From NCBI GenBank assembly GCA_964401385.1, contig CAYNYF010000009.1:461-64460 (forward strand): DNA of 64,000 nucleotides, given 5' to 3'. Source of the DNA: an uncultured Planctomycetaceae bacterium (GTDB taxonomy: Bacteria; Planctomycetota; Phycisphaerae; SM23-33). The position numbers and the translations under genes were made by a program. Of the stretch, positions 9,032 to 18,166 are shown piece after piece; positions within the stretch are counted from its first letter, which is position 1; the number at the start of each line of letters is the position of its first letter. The notes under the pieces are model-generated. The model did no database searches. It was given only the letters and a program-made list of their open reading frames with translations, and was not told the DNA's origin.

Positions 9032-9315
9032 AGGTGCCAGTCGCTTCGCCTCGCGTGATTCGCTCTTGTGGCGGCGATCCCTACCGCCAGGCGGGCGAAT
9101 ACCCGCCATGTCGGCCTGGGAGTGGCTCGGGCGTTTCCTTTCGCGGGCGGGCGGCTGAGACGGATACGCCAGCCCTGGACCATGCAGTGCGCGGCCCGGG
9201 ACCACGGGTCGCGAAGCATCAGGCCGTTGTGGTGGTCGGTTCGCAGCCGGCTGACGAGTTCCGACGCCCGCGCCTTCCATGCATCTGCCATCGCTCTCGG
9301 TTGTGTTGTGTCCAT
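8968..9315 (-). CDS. Hypothetical basic protein
   Basis: 115 aa Trp/Arg-rich ORF with AGGAG upstream; overlaps the HNH frame. Confidence 0.5.
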   Translation of the reverse strand: MDTTQPRAMADAWKARASELVSRLRTDHHNGLMLRDPWSRAAHCMVQGWRIRLSRPPAKGNARATPRPTWRVFARLAVGIAATRANHARRSDWHLWATRRVSAGSRYVPKRKRSW

Positions 9316-9427
9316 GCATTCTGATCTCCTGGAAAAAACCGGACAGCCGAAACCAACTCTGCTATTGGGCGCGGCTGTTCCCGCGGCCGTCTCCTGCCCC
9401 GTCCGGCGGGAAGTACCTAATCTCAGG

Positions 9428-9696
9428 TTTCACCTTTCACCCCCCTCGCGCATACACACGCATATTCGCGCGGGCGGGCGTCGCGCGAGGGGGTGGGGGT
9501 GAATGGGTGAAATAAGAAGAGAGAGTTGTTGTTTTCCTTTATATATTGGGCCTTTCCGCCGATCTCACGTTTCACCCTGTGGGGGTGAAACGTGGGTGAA
9601 ATGAGAGAAACCTGACCGGCCGTTCGTGCCATTTCTGTCGTCCGGAGGCTGTTCACGTTTCACCCCCGTCGCTGGTTTCACTGTCACGTTTCACCC
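9428..9696. repeat. Iteron-like TTTCACC / CACGTTTCACCC cluster with AT-rich tract; candidate phage replication origin
   Basis: CACGTTTCACCC at 9566, 9654 and 9685 and inverted at 9583; further TTTCACC/GGTGAAA at 9428, 9435, 9506, 9595; AT-rich 9511-9547. Confidence 0.7.
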
Positions 9697-12319
9697 CGCG
9701 CGCCAGGCGATACGACCGAGGCGGCGAACCCGCTCTGGGCACGGTGACGATCTCGATGTCGCCTTGCTGGGCCAGGGTCTCGATGAGCACGCTGAAGGTC
9801 TTGGCGTCCGTTTTCATGCGCTTGAGCAGGACGCTGTGGGGAAGCTCGTTGCCCGATGCGCCGCGCAGCTTCTCCAGCAGCTTGAGACACTCGGCATGGA
9901 ACGGGTTATCCGCGACGTGCGAGGCGGCCATGAACAGCATGCGCCGGGTCTGGTGCATGACGAACCGCGAGGCCCACTGCACGGCGGCCAGGCCGATGCG
10001 CGGGGCCTCGTGGTTCTCGCTGACCGCGTGCAGCAGCGCCAGTTTGCGGACCTGCTCGCTGACGCGGCCCCAGACGGTCGTGCCCACCGCATCGCAGGCC
10101 TGCTCGGCCTTGGCGTACTCGGCCTCTGCTTCCAGACGCGTCTCGACCAACAGCCGCTTGGCTTTGTCGCTGTGTTCGACAATGGCCGGGACCGGGTGCC
10201 AGTTCTCCAGATTGCCCGTACCGGCCCGGTAGTCCGCCCACCACTGCGCGATTGCGAGCACGCGAGCGGGCAGGTCGCGGATGCTCGGCTCCTGCCCCGG
10301 CGCTCGCGGCCCGGCTTCGAGGATGATCATGCGAGCGAAGAAGCCGTTGGTCAGCATCCGCTCGCTGAGGGCCTGGTAGTAGTGGTTCGGGATGGCGGTG
10401 CCGTAGATGACCAGGCACGGCTGGTCGATGACGCCGGGCGACTCCTTGCCCGCCTTGCGCCGCATGGGATAGACACTGTTGGCCGACGAGTACATCGTCA
10501 GCATTGTGCCCATGATCGCTTCGTGCCGGGCGTCCTTGGCCTTGTTGATCGACTGGAGCATGCCGTCGATCTCGTCAGTCTGGAACAGCATTGTCGGCGT
10601 CTGGAACAGCGCGTCCTGGATGCCCTCCCCGCTGGCGAAGTGCAGGCCGAGGCTCTCGCCCAGGCCGACCGCGTGGATGATCCGTGAGTTGACCTTGCGG
10701 GACTGGTCCTTGCCCGCCCCGGAATGCGCCAGCCCCAGCAGGTACAGGTTCGTGCGGTTGTCGCCGGCGTCGCGCACCTTGCGCCCGGCCAGAAACGCCT
10801 GCAGCGCCAGCGCGCCGCCGAACGCCATCATCTGGTTCGGGTACGGCGCGACGGTGAGGGTGTGGTCCATGACCTCGCCGATGAAGCCCGGCGCACGCAG
10901 CATCTCGGCAGGGAGCGGCCCGGGGTCGGCCATCTCTGGCGCTGGTGCGGCTTCTCCGTCGGACATTGCCATTGTCTCGCCGAGAGGGGCATTGTCCGAC
11001 GGACAATCGCCGGGTGCGGCGGACATTCGCACAATGGCCGAGATGTCCGGGCCGTCGGCGCTGTCCGCCAGAGAATCGGCCCCGAAGCCGCGTTCTCGCA
11101 GAGAGCGTGCGGCCTGTTCGAAATCCCCGCCGCAGGCCAACAGGGCGTAGACGGCGAAGGGCGAGTACGCCCGGTTCGGCTCGAAGGGCGCGGCGTTGGA
11201 GCTGAAGACGTAGAAGACGCCGTCCTTGAGCGTAGCCGACCATCCGGAGGCCTTGCCCGGCCGGCGCCAGTACTCGTTCTGGCCCGCCCGGGCCAGCGCC
11301 CAGCCGGCATTCTCCAGGACGGCTCGCACATCTCCGCGGGTATTGAAGTCATCGCCAGGACGGTCGGTATTCTCTGGTCGACAACCCGCCTGTCCGACAG
11401 ACAGCGACCCTGTCTGCCCCACAGCGGCATTGTTCGACGGACAACTGCCGGTGTGCGGATTGTCTGCCGCACATCCGCATTGTGCGGCCGATGATGGCGC
11501 TCTCTGGCCGAGAGCGGCGCTGTGCGACCGACAATCGCCATTGTGGGCGTTGTCCGCGGACAAGCCGCCCTTGTGGGCCGACAATGCCGTCCGCTGGCCG
11601 ACCTTCGCCGACAACGGCGGACAGTTTGCCGCAGGGCCGCGGGCGTGGGCGTCGCCCCCAGGGCCTTCCTGCCCGCCGGCTGGCCCACCAGGCGACCGCT
11701 CGGCCCCTTTGGCCACACGGGCCAACGTGGGGCCAACGGGGGCGTCCCCGGTGGGCCCGTCCACCACCGGCGGGACGTACTCGTTGAGCTCCCAGGCGGC
11801 CCGAAGCAGCATGTCCCGCTCGGCGGCGGTCAGGACGGGCGGGTCGCACAAGTCGCCCTGGATCAGCTCGTAGCCGGCGGTGGGCGCGCACAGGAACAGG
11901 CCGCCCTCGCCTCGGGTCTCGATGAGCGTGACGATCCGCCCGCCGGCCTCGCGCTGGGCCAGCTTGAGGTTGCCGCAACCTGAAGCCTCGTGGCGGTAGG
12001 CGGCGTGGCGGCCGTCGGATTGGGTCTTGGACAGGACCAGCCGCTCCAGCAGGCCCGGCGCGGCCGCGCGGACCTTCTCGCACCAGGCCTCGAACAGCTC
12101 CCCGCCGCCATCGAAGTCGATCAGCTCGACGTTGCTCGAGACGGCGCCGGCGATGATGCACAAGGCGTCGGGCCCGTTGGCGAACCACGCCTCGACCTCC
12201 GCCTGCGTCGGCAGCCGCGACTGAAAGCCCTTCCAGGCGATGGTCGGGCGCTTCTGGTCCCGCCGGGCAGGCAGGACGCACAGGCCGGCGTCGAGATATT
12301 GCCGGGCCGCGTCCTTCAT
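9653..12319 (-). CDS. Bifunctional primase/polymerase (Prim-Pol) fused to DUF3987-like helicase domain
   Basis: N-terminal YLDAGLCVLP..KRP..WK, LIDFD, ETRGEGG; C-terminal GLAHSGAGKD, QTDEIDG, GFFARM. Confidence 0.85.
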   Translation of the reverse strand: MKDAARQYLDAGLCVLPARRDQKRPTIAWKGFQSRLPTQAEVEAWFANGPDALCIIAGAVSSNVELIDFDGGGELFEAWCEKVRAAAPGLLERLVLSKTQSDGRHAAYRHEASGCGNLKLAQREAGGRIVTLIETRGEGGLFLCAPTAGYELIQGDLCDPPVLTAAERDMLLRAAWELNEYVPPVVDGPTGDAPVGPTLARVAKGAERSPGGPAGGQEGPGGDAHARGPAANCPPLSAKVGQRTALSAHKGGLSADNAHNGDCRSHSAALGQRAPSSAAQCGCAADNPHTGSCPSNNAAVGQTGSLSVGQAGCRPENTDRPGDDFNTRGDVRAVLENAGWALARAGQNEYWRRPGKASGWSATLKDGVFYVFSSNAAPFEPNRAYSPFAVYALLACGGDFEQAARSLRERGFGADSLADSADGPDISAIVRMSAAPGDCPSDNAPLGETMAMSDGEAAPAPEMADPGPLPAEMLRAPGFIGEVMDHTLTVAPYPNQMMAFGGALALQAFLAGRKVRDAGDNRTNLYLLGLAHSGAGKDQSRKVNSRIIHAVGLGESLGLHFASGEGIQDALFQTPTMLFQTDEIDGMLQSINKAKDARHEAIMGTMLTMYSSANSVYPMRRKAGKESPGVIDQPCLVIYGTAIPNHYYQALSERMLTNGFFARMIILEAGPRAPGQEPSIRDLPARVLAIAQWWADYRAGTGNLENWHPVPAIVEHSDKAKRLLVETRLEAEAEYAKAEQACDAVGTTVWGRVSEQVRKLALLHAVSENHEAPRIGLAAVQWASRFVMHQTRRMLFMAASHVADNPFHAECLKLLEKLRGASGNELPHSVLLKRMKTDAKTFSVLIETLAQQGDIEIVTVPRAGSPPRSYRLARGVKRDSETSDGGET
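11357..11626. repeat. Three degenerate 90-bp tandem units inside the primase gene
   Basis: 30-aa periodicity (CPPLSAKVGQR.. / CRSHSAALGQR.. / CPSNNAAVGQT..); (C/G)GACA cores at 11439, 11529 and 11619; boundaries approximate. Confidence 0.65.
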
Positions 12320-14046
12320 CAGAACGGTACCTCGCAGTCATCCGGCGGCCAATCCGAAGGCACTCCTTCGAGGTCGCTCTCGTCGCTGCTGTCCAGCCGC
12401 GTCGGGATCGGTCCCAACTGGTAGTCCGTGATCCGGTCGAACTTCTCGCCGGCAACGCTGCGGATGGTGATGGCCTTCGTCTCGGCGATCCCGCCGGCCT
12501 GGCAGATCTCGACGGCCTCTTCGGCCGTCTCGGGGACAGGTTCATTCGACCGCGCGCGCCACCACACCTCGGCCTTGGCCCGGGCGTAGCCGGTGTGCTC
12601 GAAGCACACCCACTCGCTGCGGTAGTCGCTGAAGCCGACGCGGTAGTCGACGCGCATGCTGCGCGGGTGATCTTCGGGGGCACCGCGCTTGACGTGGACG
12701 GTGTAGTAGACGTCGGTGACCTCGTACTCCGTCTCGGTGACTTCGCCGGAGAGGATGCTGTCGGTGGAGGCCTGGCGGTCGTGGCGCTGCCGCTCCGGCG
12801 GCGGGAACTCGTAGCCGCACTCCGGGCACGTGGCGTAGGCGGCGTGGATCACCGCTTGGCACTGCGGACACTCCTTGGCCGGGGCCTCGCCTCCGGCGCC
12901 ACTGCGGTCTTTGACCTGAAGATCATCCACCGGCCCGTGGCGCAGGATGTTGCCGCCGAAGTCCAGGACCAGGCAGTCGGCCTTGCCGGGGTGGAGCCGG
13001 AAGCCCCGACCGACCATCTGGTAGTACAGCCCCGGCGAGTTGGTCGGGCGCAGCAGGGCTACGCAGTCGATGTTCGGCGCGTCGAAGCCGGTGGTCAGGA
13101 CGTTGACGTTGACCAGATACTTCAAGCCGCCGTCGCGGAAGCGTTTCAGTGTCTGGGCCCGGTCAAAGGCCAGCGTCTCGCCGCAGACGAAGCCGCACTT
13201 CTGGCCGAGCTCGGCGAGCACGCGCTGAACGTGCTGGGCATGCTGAATGCCGGCGGCGAAGATCAGTACTGAGTGGCGGTTGGCGGTGTGCTCGACGATC
13301 TCCCGGCAGGCGTCCCGAACGAGCGAGTCATCGTCCATCAGGGCCTCGACCTCGCCGGCGATGAACTCCCCGCCCCGGATGTGCAGGCCTGAGGTGTCCA
13401 CCTTGCGGCGGCCGGCCTTGGTCTTGAGCGGGCACAGGTAGCCCTGGACGATCAGCTCGCGGACGCTGACCTCGTAGCAGACCTCGTTGAGCAGGTTGCC
13501 GGCCCCGCAGATCATCCCCGTGGTCATCCGGAACGGCGTGGCGGTCAGGCCGATCAGGCGGACGTTGGGATTGACCACCCGCGCTTCGGCCAGGAAGGTT
13601 CGATACATCCCGTCCCCGTCGGGCGGGATCATGTGCGCCTCGTCAATCAGGACCAGGTCGAAGCGGTCCAGCTCCGCCGCCCGGCGGTAGACGCTCTGGA
13701 CGCCGGCGACGATGATCAGGTGCTCGGTGTCGCGGCTCTTGAGGCCCGCCGAGTACACGCCGATCTGCCGCCACAGATCCGGGGCCATGGCGTGGAGTTT
13801 CTCGACGGCCTGTTCCAGCAGCTCCTTGACGTGGGCCAGGATCAGGACGCGCCCGTTCCACTGGCCGACCGCGTCGCGGCAGATCGTGGCCATCACGGGC
13901 GTCTTGCCCCCGGCGGTCGGGATCACCACGCAGGGGTTGTCGTCGCGGGTGCGAAGGTGCTCGTAGACGGCCCCGACCGCCTCCGTCTGGTACGGGCGCA
14001 GCGTGATGGTCGGTGCCGGTGGTGGTGACAGCAGCGATTCGGTCAT
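12319..14046 (-). CDS. SF2 DEAH helicase with Zn finger (RadD/YejH-like)
   Basis: LRPYQ, PTAGGKT, DEAH, GLTATP, LTTGFDAP, QMVGRGFR, CPQC/CPEC; ATGA-coupled start at 14046. Confidence 0.92.
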   Translation of the reverse strand: MTESLLSPPPAPTITLRPYQTEAVGAVYEHLRTRDDNPCVVIPTAGGKTPVMATICRDAVGQWNGRVLILAHVKELLEQAVEKLHAMAPDLWRQIGVYSAGLKSRDTEHLIIVAGVQSVYRRAAELDRFDLVLIDEAHMIPPDGDGMYRTFLAEARVVNPNVRLIGLTATPFRMTTGMICGAGNLLNEVCYEVSVRELIVQGYLCPLKTKAGRRKVDTSGLHIRGGEFIAGEVEALMDDDSLVRDACREIVEHTANRHSVLIFAAGIQHAQHVQRVLAELGQKCGFVCGETLAFDRAQTLKRFRDGGLKYLVNVNVLTTGFDAPNIDCVALLRPTNSPGLYYQMVGRGFRLHPGKADCLVLDFGGNILRHGPVDDLQVKDRSGAGGEAPAKECPQCQAVIHAAYATCPECGYEFPPPERQRHDRQASTDSILSGEVTETEYEVTDVYYTVHVKRGAPEDHPRSMRVDYRVGFSDYRSEWVCFEHTGYARAKAEVWWRARSNEPVPETAEEAVEICQAGGIAETKAITIRSVAGEKFDRITDYQLGPIPTRLDSSDESDLEGVPSDWPPDDCEVPF

Positions 14047-14813
14047 GCCGCCACCTCCACGCCGTCGGGCAGGATGCAGCGGTGGTCCATGATCGGGATG
14101 GTGTAGAGCGTGTCGCTGCGTCGGCCGAGATAGCCCAGGATGAAGGCGTTGACCCACTCGACGGGCCGGCCGGTCCCGTAGAGCGGGATGGGCTTGCACA
14201 GGCAGCCGGCGCTACGGGCCTGGATCACCCGGCCCGGCGACCAGATGTTCTGGATGATGCTCGCGTCCGCCCGGTGCGTGTGGCCGTGAACGACGGACTT
14301 GCCCTGGCTGATTTGCAGATGGTTCTTCGTCGCGTGCCTGGCGTACGACCAGCCGTGCACGGCGATGATCCGCGAGTTGACACGATAGTGCGGGTACGTG
14401 CCGCCGACCGAACCGTAGGGCACGTAGGTGAAACGGGCGCGGCCCTTGGTGAGCCGCGTGCGCGGGGCGAGCATGGAGTACGCACCGCGCCCTTCGGCCG
14501 TGGCCGCCGCCCACCGGTCGAGCCGGTACTCATGGTTGCCCTCGACCATCACCAGACGGCCGCAGGCGGCCTGGAGGCGGTCCAGCAGTCCGTTCGCCTG
14601 ACAGAGGTCGTCCTCGTAGTCCGTCTCCGGCATGCCGTGCGTGAGAGGGTGGGAGGAGAACTGCCCGCAGTCGAGGAGGTCGCCCAGGCAGATGATGATG
14701 TCCGGCCGGATCCGCTCGGCCGCGCGGCAGAAGACCTCCACGGCCCGCGGATTCTGGCGCGGGATGTGGGCATCGCCGAAGGCGAGCATGGTCTTGCTGG
14801 CGCCCCGGGCCAT
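14043..14813 (-). CDS. Calcineurin-like metallophosphoesterase
   Basis: GDAH, GDLLD, GNHE, HG and GHTH motifs. Confidence 0.88.
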   Translation of the reverse strand: MARGASKTMLAFGDAHIPRQNPRAVEVFCRAAERIRPDIIICLGDLLDCGQFSSHPLTHGMPETDYEDDLCQANGLLDRLQAACGRLVMVEGNHEYRLDRWAAATAEGRGAYSMLAPRTRLTKGRARFTYVPYGSVGGTYPHYRVNSRIIAVHGWSYARHATKNHLQISQGKSVVHGHTHRADASIIQNIWSPGRVIQARSAGCLCKPIPLYGTGRPVEWVNAFILGYLGRRSDTLYTIPIMDHRCILPDGVEVAA

Positions 14814-15476
14814 CTACTCCTCCCCGGCGACCATGGCCGCCGTGCAGGCGTAGCCGGCGATGTCCACCAGGTTGTCGCGCTTGTGGCGGTGGGCCTGGCG
14901 GGCCAGCTTCACGGCGATCATGCACAGCGGCACGTCCATCGCCGTGACGTGCTGGCCCTCGCGGAGCCGGTCTGCGAGCACGGCCGTCCACAGCAGCGCC
15001 GTGCGGGCGAAGTCCTGCGACGGGTGGCCGTAGTCGTGCTGGCGGTCCTGGGCGGTCAGCCGCTTGGCCTCATCCAGAAGGGACTCGGGCGCTTCGGCCG
15101 CCTCCTCCCGAACGACGGTCAGCCGGTGCAGGTTGACCGCCGGCAGGGGCGGGTTCGGGCCCACCGGCTCCAAGGTCGCGCCGTCGAAGACCGGCATGCC
15201 CAGCTCCCAGGCGATCAGGTACTCAAGCTTCGCGCCGCGGGACTCCTCCCAGCCCGGCAGCAAGGCTACGGCCTCGCACATGGCCAGCAGCTTGATGTCG
15301 GCGCGGAGATAGGTCTCGCGGGGCAGGTCGGTGCGGCCGTCGAAGTTCTCGGCCGGGTTGACCGCCTCCCAACCGGCCTGGCGCAGCCTCTCGGCGGCGG
15401 CGTGGAAGGCCGGGAAGTTGTGCTCGGGCAGGCCGGTCATTGGGCCGGCGATGTAGATGCGCCGGGGTCGGTCCAT
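14814..15476 (-). CDS. DUF4406 (nucleoside deoxyribosyltransferase-like) fused to DUF6378-like domain
   Basis: IYIAGPMTGLPEHNFPAF...LPGWEESRGAKLE, then RQHDYGHPSQDF...KLAR...DNLVDIAGY. Confidence 0.8.
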   Translation of the reverse strand: MDRPRRIYIAGPMTGLPEHNFPAFHAAAERLRQAGWEAVNPAENFDGRTDLPRETYLRADIKLLAMCEAVALLPGWEESRGAKLEYLIAWELGMPVFDGATLEPVGPNPPLPAVNLHRLTVVREEAAEAPESLLDEAKRLTAQDRQHDYGHPSQDFARTALLWTAVLADRLREGQHVTAMDVPLCMIAVKLARQAHRHKRDNLVDIAGYACTAAMVAGEE

Positions 15477-15478
15477 CC

Positions 15479-15877
15479 TCAGTTGTCCTCCGGATTCAGC
15501 GGCCCCCCACACAGTGGGCAGCGGTTCAGTGGAAACTCATCGAGCCGGATGTCGAGGCGGCCGGGCTTGGCTGGTTCCCGCCGGCGGGTGACCAGCAGGT
15601 CGATCTGGCCGTCGTCGGCGTACACGCCGGCGTGCTCCAGCGCATCGAGGGTCGGCTTGGCGATGTTGTCCAAGTCGCGCCGGCGCCGGTCGGGCGGGAA
15701 GGCGTCCATGCACAGGGCGATCCGGCCGCCGGCGGGCGGCTTGCGGGCGCCGCCCCCGGCCAGGAGGGCGCAGACGTCCCGGCGGAACGCCCGGCCCTCC
15801 CGGCTGATCAGCGTCCGCGGCCCCACCCGGCGCCAGTAGTGATTGATGCTCGGAGGGTATGGCAGCGTCAGCTCCAT
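15479..15877 (-). CDS. rusA: RusA-family Holliday junction resolvase
   Basis: MELTLPYPPSINHYWR; PPDRRRRDLDNIAKPTLDAL; DDGQID. Confidence 0.9.
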   Translation of the reverse strand: MELTLPYPPSINHYWRRVGPRTLISREGRAFRRDVCALLAGGGARKPPAGGRIALCMDAFPPDRRRRDLDNIAKPTLDALEHAGVYADDGQIDLLVTRRREPAKPGRLDIRLDEFPLNRCPLCGGPLNPEDN

Positions 15878-15888
15878 CGGCTCCTGCC

Positions 15889-16347
15889 TCAGCGCTTCCA
15901 GGGCGGGGTGGTGTCGGTGGCCGGGGCCTGCTGGCCCTGGCCGGCGGCGCCATCCTTCTTCGCGTAGCCCCGGACCTCGTTGCTCAGTTCCCCGGTGTCC
16001 TCGCGCTTCTTGCACTTGACAGTGATCACCAGGGGCAGGTTGTGCAGTTCGACCGAGTCCCGGGGTTGCATTACGCCCACGGCCCGGCAAATCGCCGACA
16101 GGTTGCCGCGGGCGATCTTCACCGTCTGGGCGTTGGGGTGGGTCAGGCACAGCCGGTCCCAGACCTTCCGGCCCTTGCAGGGGCCCTCCAAGACGGTGAA
16201 CTCCAACTGCAGGTAGCTGCCGTCGCCGGCCTTGGTGGGCTTCATCTCGCTGGCGGTGATGGCCGCCAGGTACTTGCCCGCCGGCAGCGGGTCGAGGGTC
16301 GTGGTCGGCTCGACGTCGTTGGCATTGAATCCGTTCAGGTTCGCCAT
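15889..16347 (-). CDS. DUF669-family (SSB-like) protein
   Basis: PLPAGKYLAAITASEMKPTKAGDGSYLQLEF...GRKVWDRL...NEVRGY...PPWKR. Confidence 0.85.
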   Translation of the reverse strand: MANLNGFNANDVEPTTTLDPLPAGKYLAAITASEMKPTKAGDGSYLQLEFTVLEGPCKGRKVWDRLCLTHPNAQTVKIARGNLSAICRAVGVMQPRDSVELHNLPLVITVKCKKREDTGELSNEVRGYAKKDGAAGQGQQAPATDTTPPWKR

Positions 16348-16351
16348 GGGG

Positions 16352-17086
16352 TCAGTTCTCCTTGGTGCGGGTGGTGCTCTCGGTGAGGGCCTGCATCAGT
16401 GCCGGCCACGACAGCTCCAGCTCGGCAGGCAGGGAGTAGCGGTTCTTGGCGAGGATGACGTTCGACCCCTCGGTCTTGAGGATGCGCCTCTCGCCGTCGC
16501 GGGCCGCGTACAGCACGGCGTCCGCCCATTCGATGAACGGCGGCGCGATCCAGTGGGGAAGGTCGGGCGCGGCCAGGCGCAGGTCGAATCCCTCCGGGGT
16601 GGTCATCTTGGTGTTGGCCGCGTGGGCCAGCAGGATGATCGCCACGCCCCGGCCGGCGATGGCGTTGAGCATGGGCAGCAGGTCGCGGTAGACGATGTTC
16701 TGGACGATCTCCCGCGCCTTGAAGTACCCACCGTGGGCGGTGCCCAGGGTGTTGGTGATGTCGCTGGGCGACTTGTCGTCGAGGTCCAGCACCACGTGCT
16801 CGACGATCCGCTGGACCATCCAGTCGATAGTGTCCACGGCCACGGCGGCGACGCCCTCGGGCGGCGTGTCCGCCAGCTCGGCCAGCCACTTGCGCATCTG
16901 CGGCCAGGCCTGCAGGTACGGCGTGCGGGTCAGGTTCGGCACCGCCCCGGCGCCGTTCTCGCAGTCCAGCAGGATCGCCCCGGCCGAGGCGGCGAAGCTC
17001 GTCTTGCCCACCCCCGGCTGGCCGTAGACGATCATCTTGGGCGGCGCCGGGGTGGTCTGTCTGATCAGTGTGTCCATGAGTGCCAT
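16352..17086 (-). CDS. AAA_24 / Sak4-like ATPase
   Basis: YGQPGVGKT, VDTIDW, LLAHA, EWAD, AKNRY. Confidence 0.85.
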   Translation of the reverse strand: MALMDTLIRQTTPAPPKMIVYGQPGVGKTSFAASAGAILLDCENGAGAVPNLTRTPYLQAWPQMRKWLAELADTPPEGVAAVAVDTIDWMVQRIVEHVVLDLDDKSPSDITNTLGTAHGGYFKAREIVQNIVYRDLLPMLNAIAGRGVAIILLAHAANTKMTTPEGFDLRLAAPDLPHWIAPPFIEWADAVLYAARDGERRILKTEGSNVILAKNRYSLPAELELSWPALMQALTESTTRTKEN

Positions 17087-17258
17087 CTGCGGTTCCTTGT
17101 TGCTGGTGGTTCTTGTCATGTCGTTCGGCCGGGCCGGGGTCCCAGGCCGCGCTCCCTCGCGGCCCGGAGGCCCCGGTCGCCGGTCACCTCACGATGCGCC
17201 CGGGCGGGCGGCCGTCGCGTTTGATGGACCCGCCGCAAGCCGCCCGGGCGCGGAATGC

Positions 17259-18092
17259 TCACGCCACGTCGAGCACGCGGATCTCCTCGTAGCCGGTCGG
17301 CCAGCGGTCCTCCCGGCGGCAGACGGCCAGCCGGCGGATGGCCGCCTCGTTCTCCCGCCGGGCGATGGTCAGGGTGTCGTCGCTGAGGCGCCAGACCCCG
17401 CAGCGGAAGGGCTCCTTCTTCTCCACGGCGACGAGGTAGACGGGCACGTACACACCGCCCAGCGCCTCAGCAAACACGGCCCGGTAGAAGGCCATCTGCC
17501 GGTGGTAGCCGTAGCGGCGGGCGTCGGCCTCGAACCAGGTCAGGTCGTCGCAGGTCTTGAAGTCCACGATCCCCCGGTGCGGATGGACCCAGTCGAGCCG
17601 CACCTGGCAAGGCACGCGGCAATAGTCGGCCCGCACCACGCCCTCGGCCCGGCCGTAGAGCAGCAGGTCCACCGCCGCGTCGTTCATGGCCACGCCCGAG
17701 GCCATCTGCTCGATGAGCTCGATCTGCTCGTGGGAGAGGACCGGCTTGCCCTGCTGGGCCGCCCACGCGGCGAAGGCCTTTGTGGCCGACCCGAACGGCT
17801 TGCCGGTCTTGGGATTGATCGGTCCGCCGAGGGCGAAGGCCGCCTCGTAGGCGTCGCGGCCCTCGAGGATGCGGACGTGCGCCGCTCGGCCCACGAGGTA
17901 GGCGGGCGAGTCCTTCTCTTCGATCATGCCCAGGGCCTTCTTGCGGTGAAGCCAGGGGCACTTGATGAAGTCCAGCAACTGGTGGCTGGAGAGGAACTCG
18001 CCCGCCTTGGCGTGGTACTCCTCGGCCGATTCGGCGGCCAGAATGCCAAGGTCGATGGCCAGGTCGTCCGTGCTGCAGTTTTGTTCGTCCAT
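17259..18092 (-). CDS. PD-(D/E)XK exonuclease (RecE/ExoVIII-like, DUF3799)
   Basis: EEYHA, GRAAH, CQVRLDW...VDFKT, YHRQMAFY, AVEKKEPF. Confidence 0.88.
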   Translation of the reverse strand: MDEQNCSTDDLAIDLGILAAESAEEYHAKAGEFLSSHQLLDFIKCPWLHRKKALGMIEEKDSPAYLVGRAAHVRILEGRDAYEAAFALGGPINPKTGKPFGSATKAFAAWAAQQGKPVLSHEQIELIEQMASGVAMNDAAVDLLLYGRAEGVVRADYCRVPCQVRLDWVHPHRGIVDFKTCDDLTWFEADARRYGYHRQMAFYRAVFAEALGGVYVPVYLVAVEKKEPFRCGVWRLSDDTLTIARRENEAAIRRLAVCRREDRWPTGYEEIRVLDVA

Positions 18093-18166
18093 GGTCTCGA
18101 TGTCCTCTGCCGGGCTCCCCGGAGACCGCGGCGTCCGTGCCGCGGCCCCCGGTAGCTTGCCGCCCT

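Noticed and set aside
9428-11760. Repeat clusters as a CRISPR array
   Set aside because: Repeats are short, in mixed orientation or degenerate, lack a repeat-spacer pattern, and no cas genes are present.
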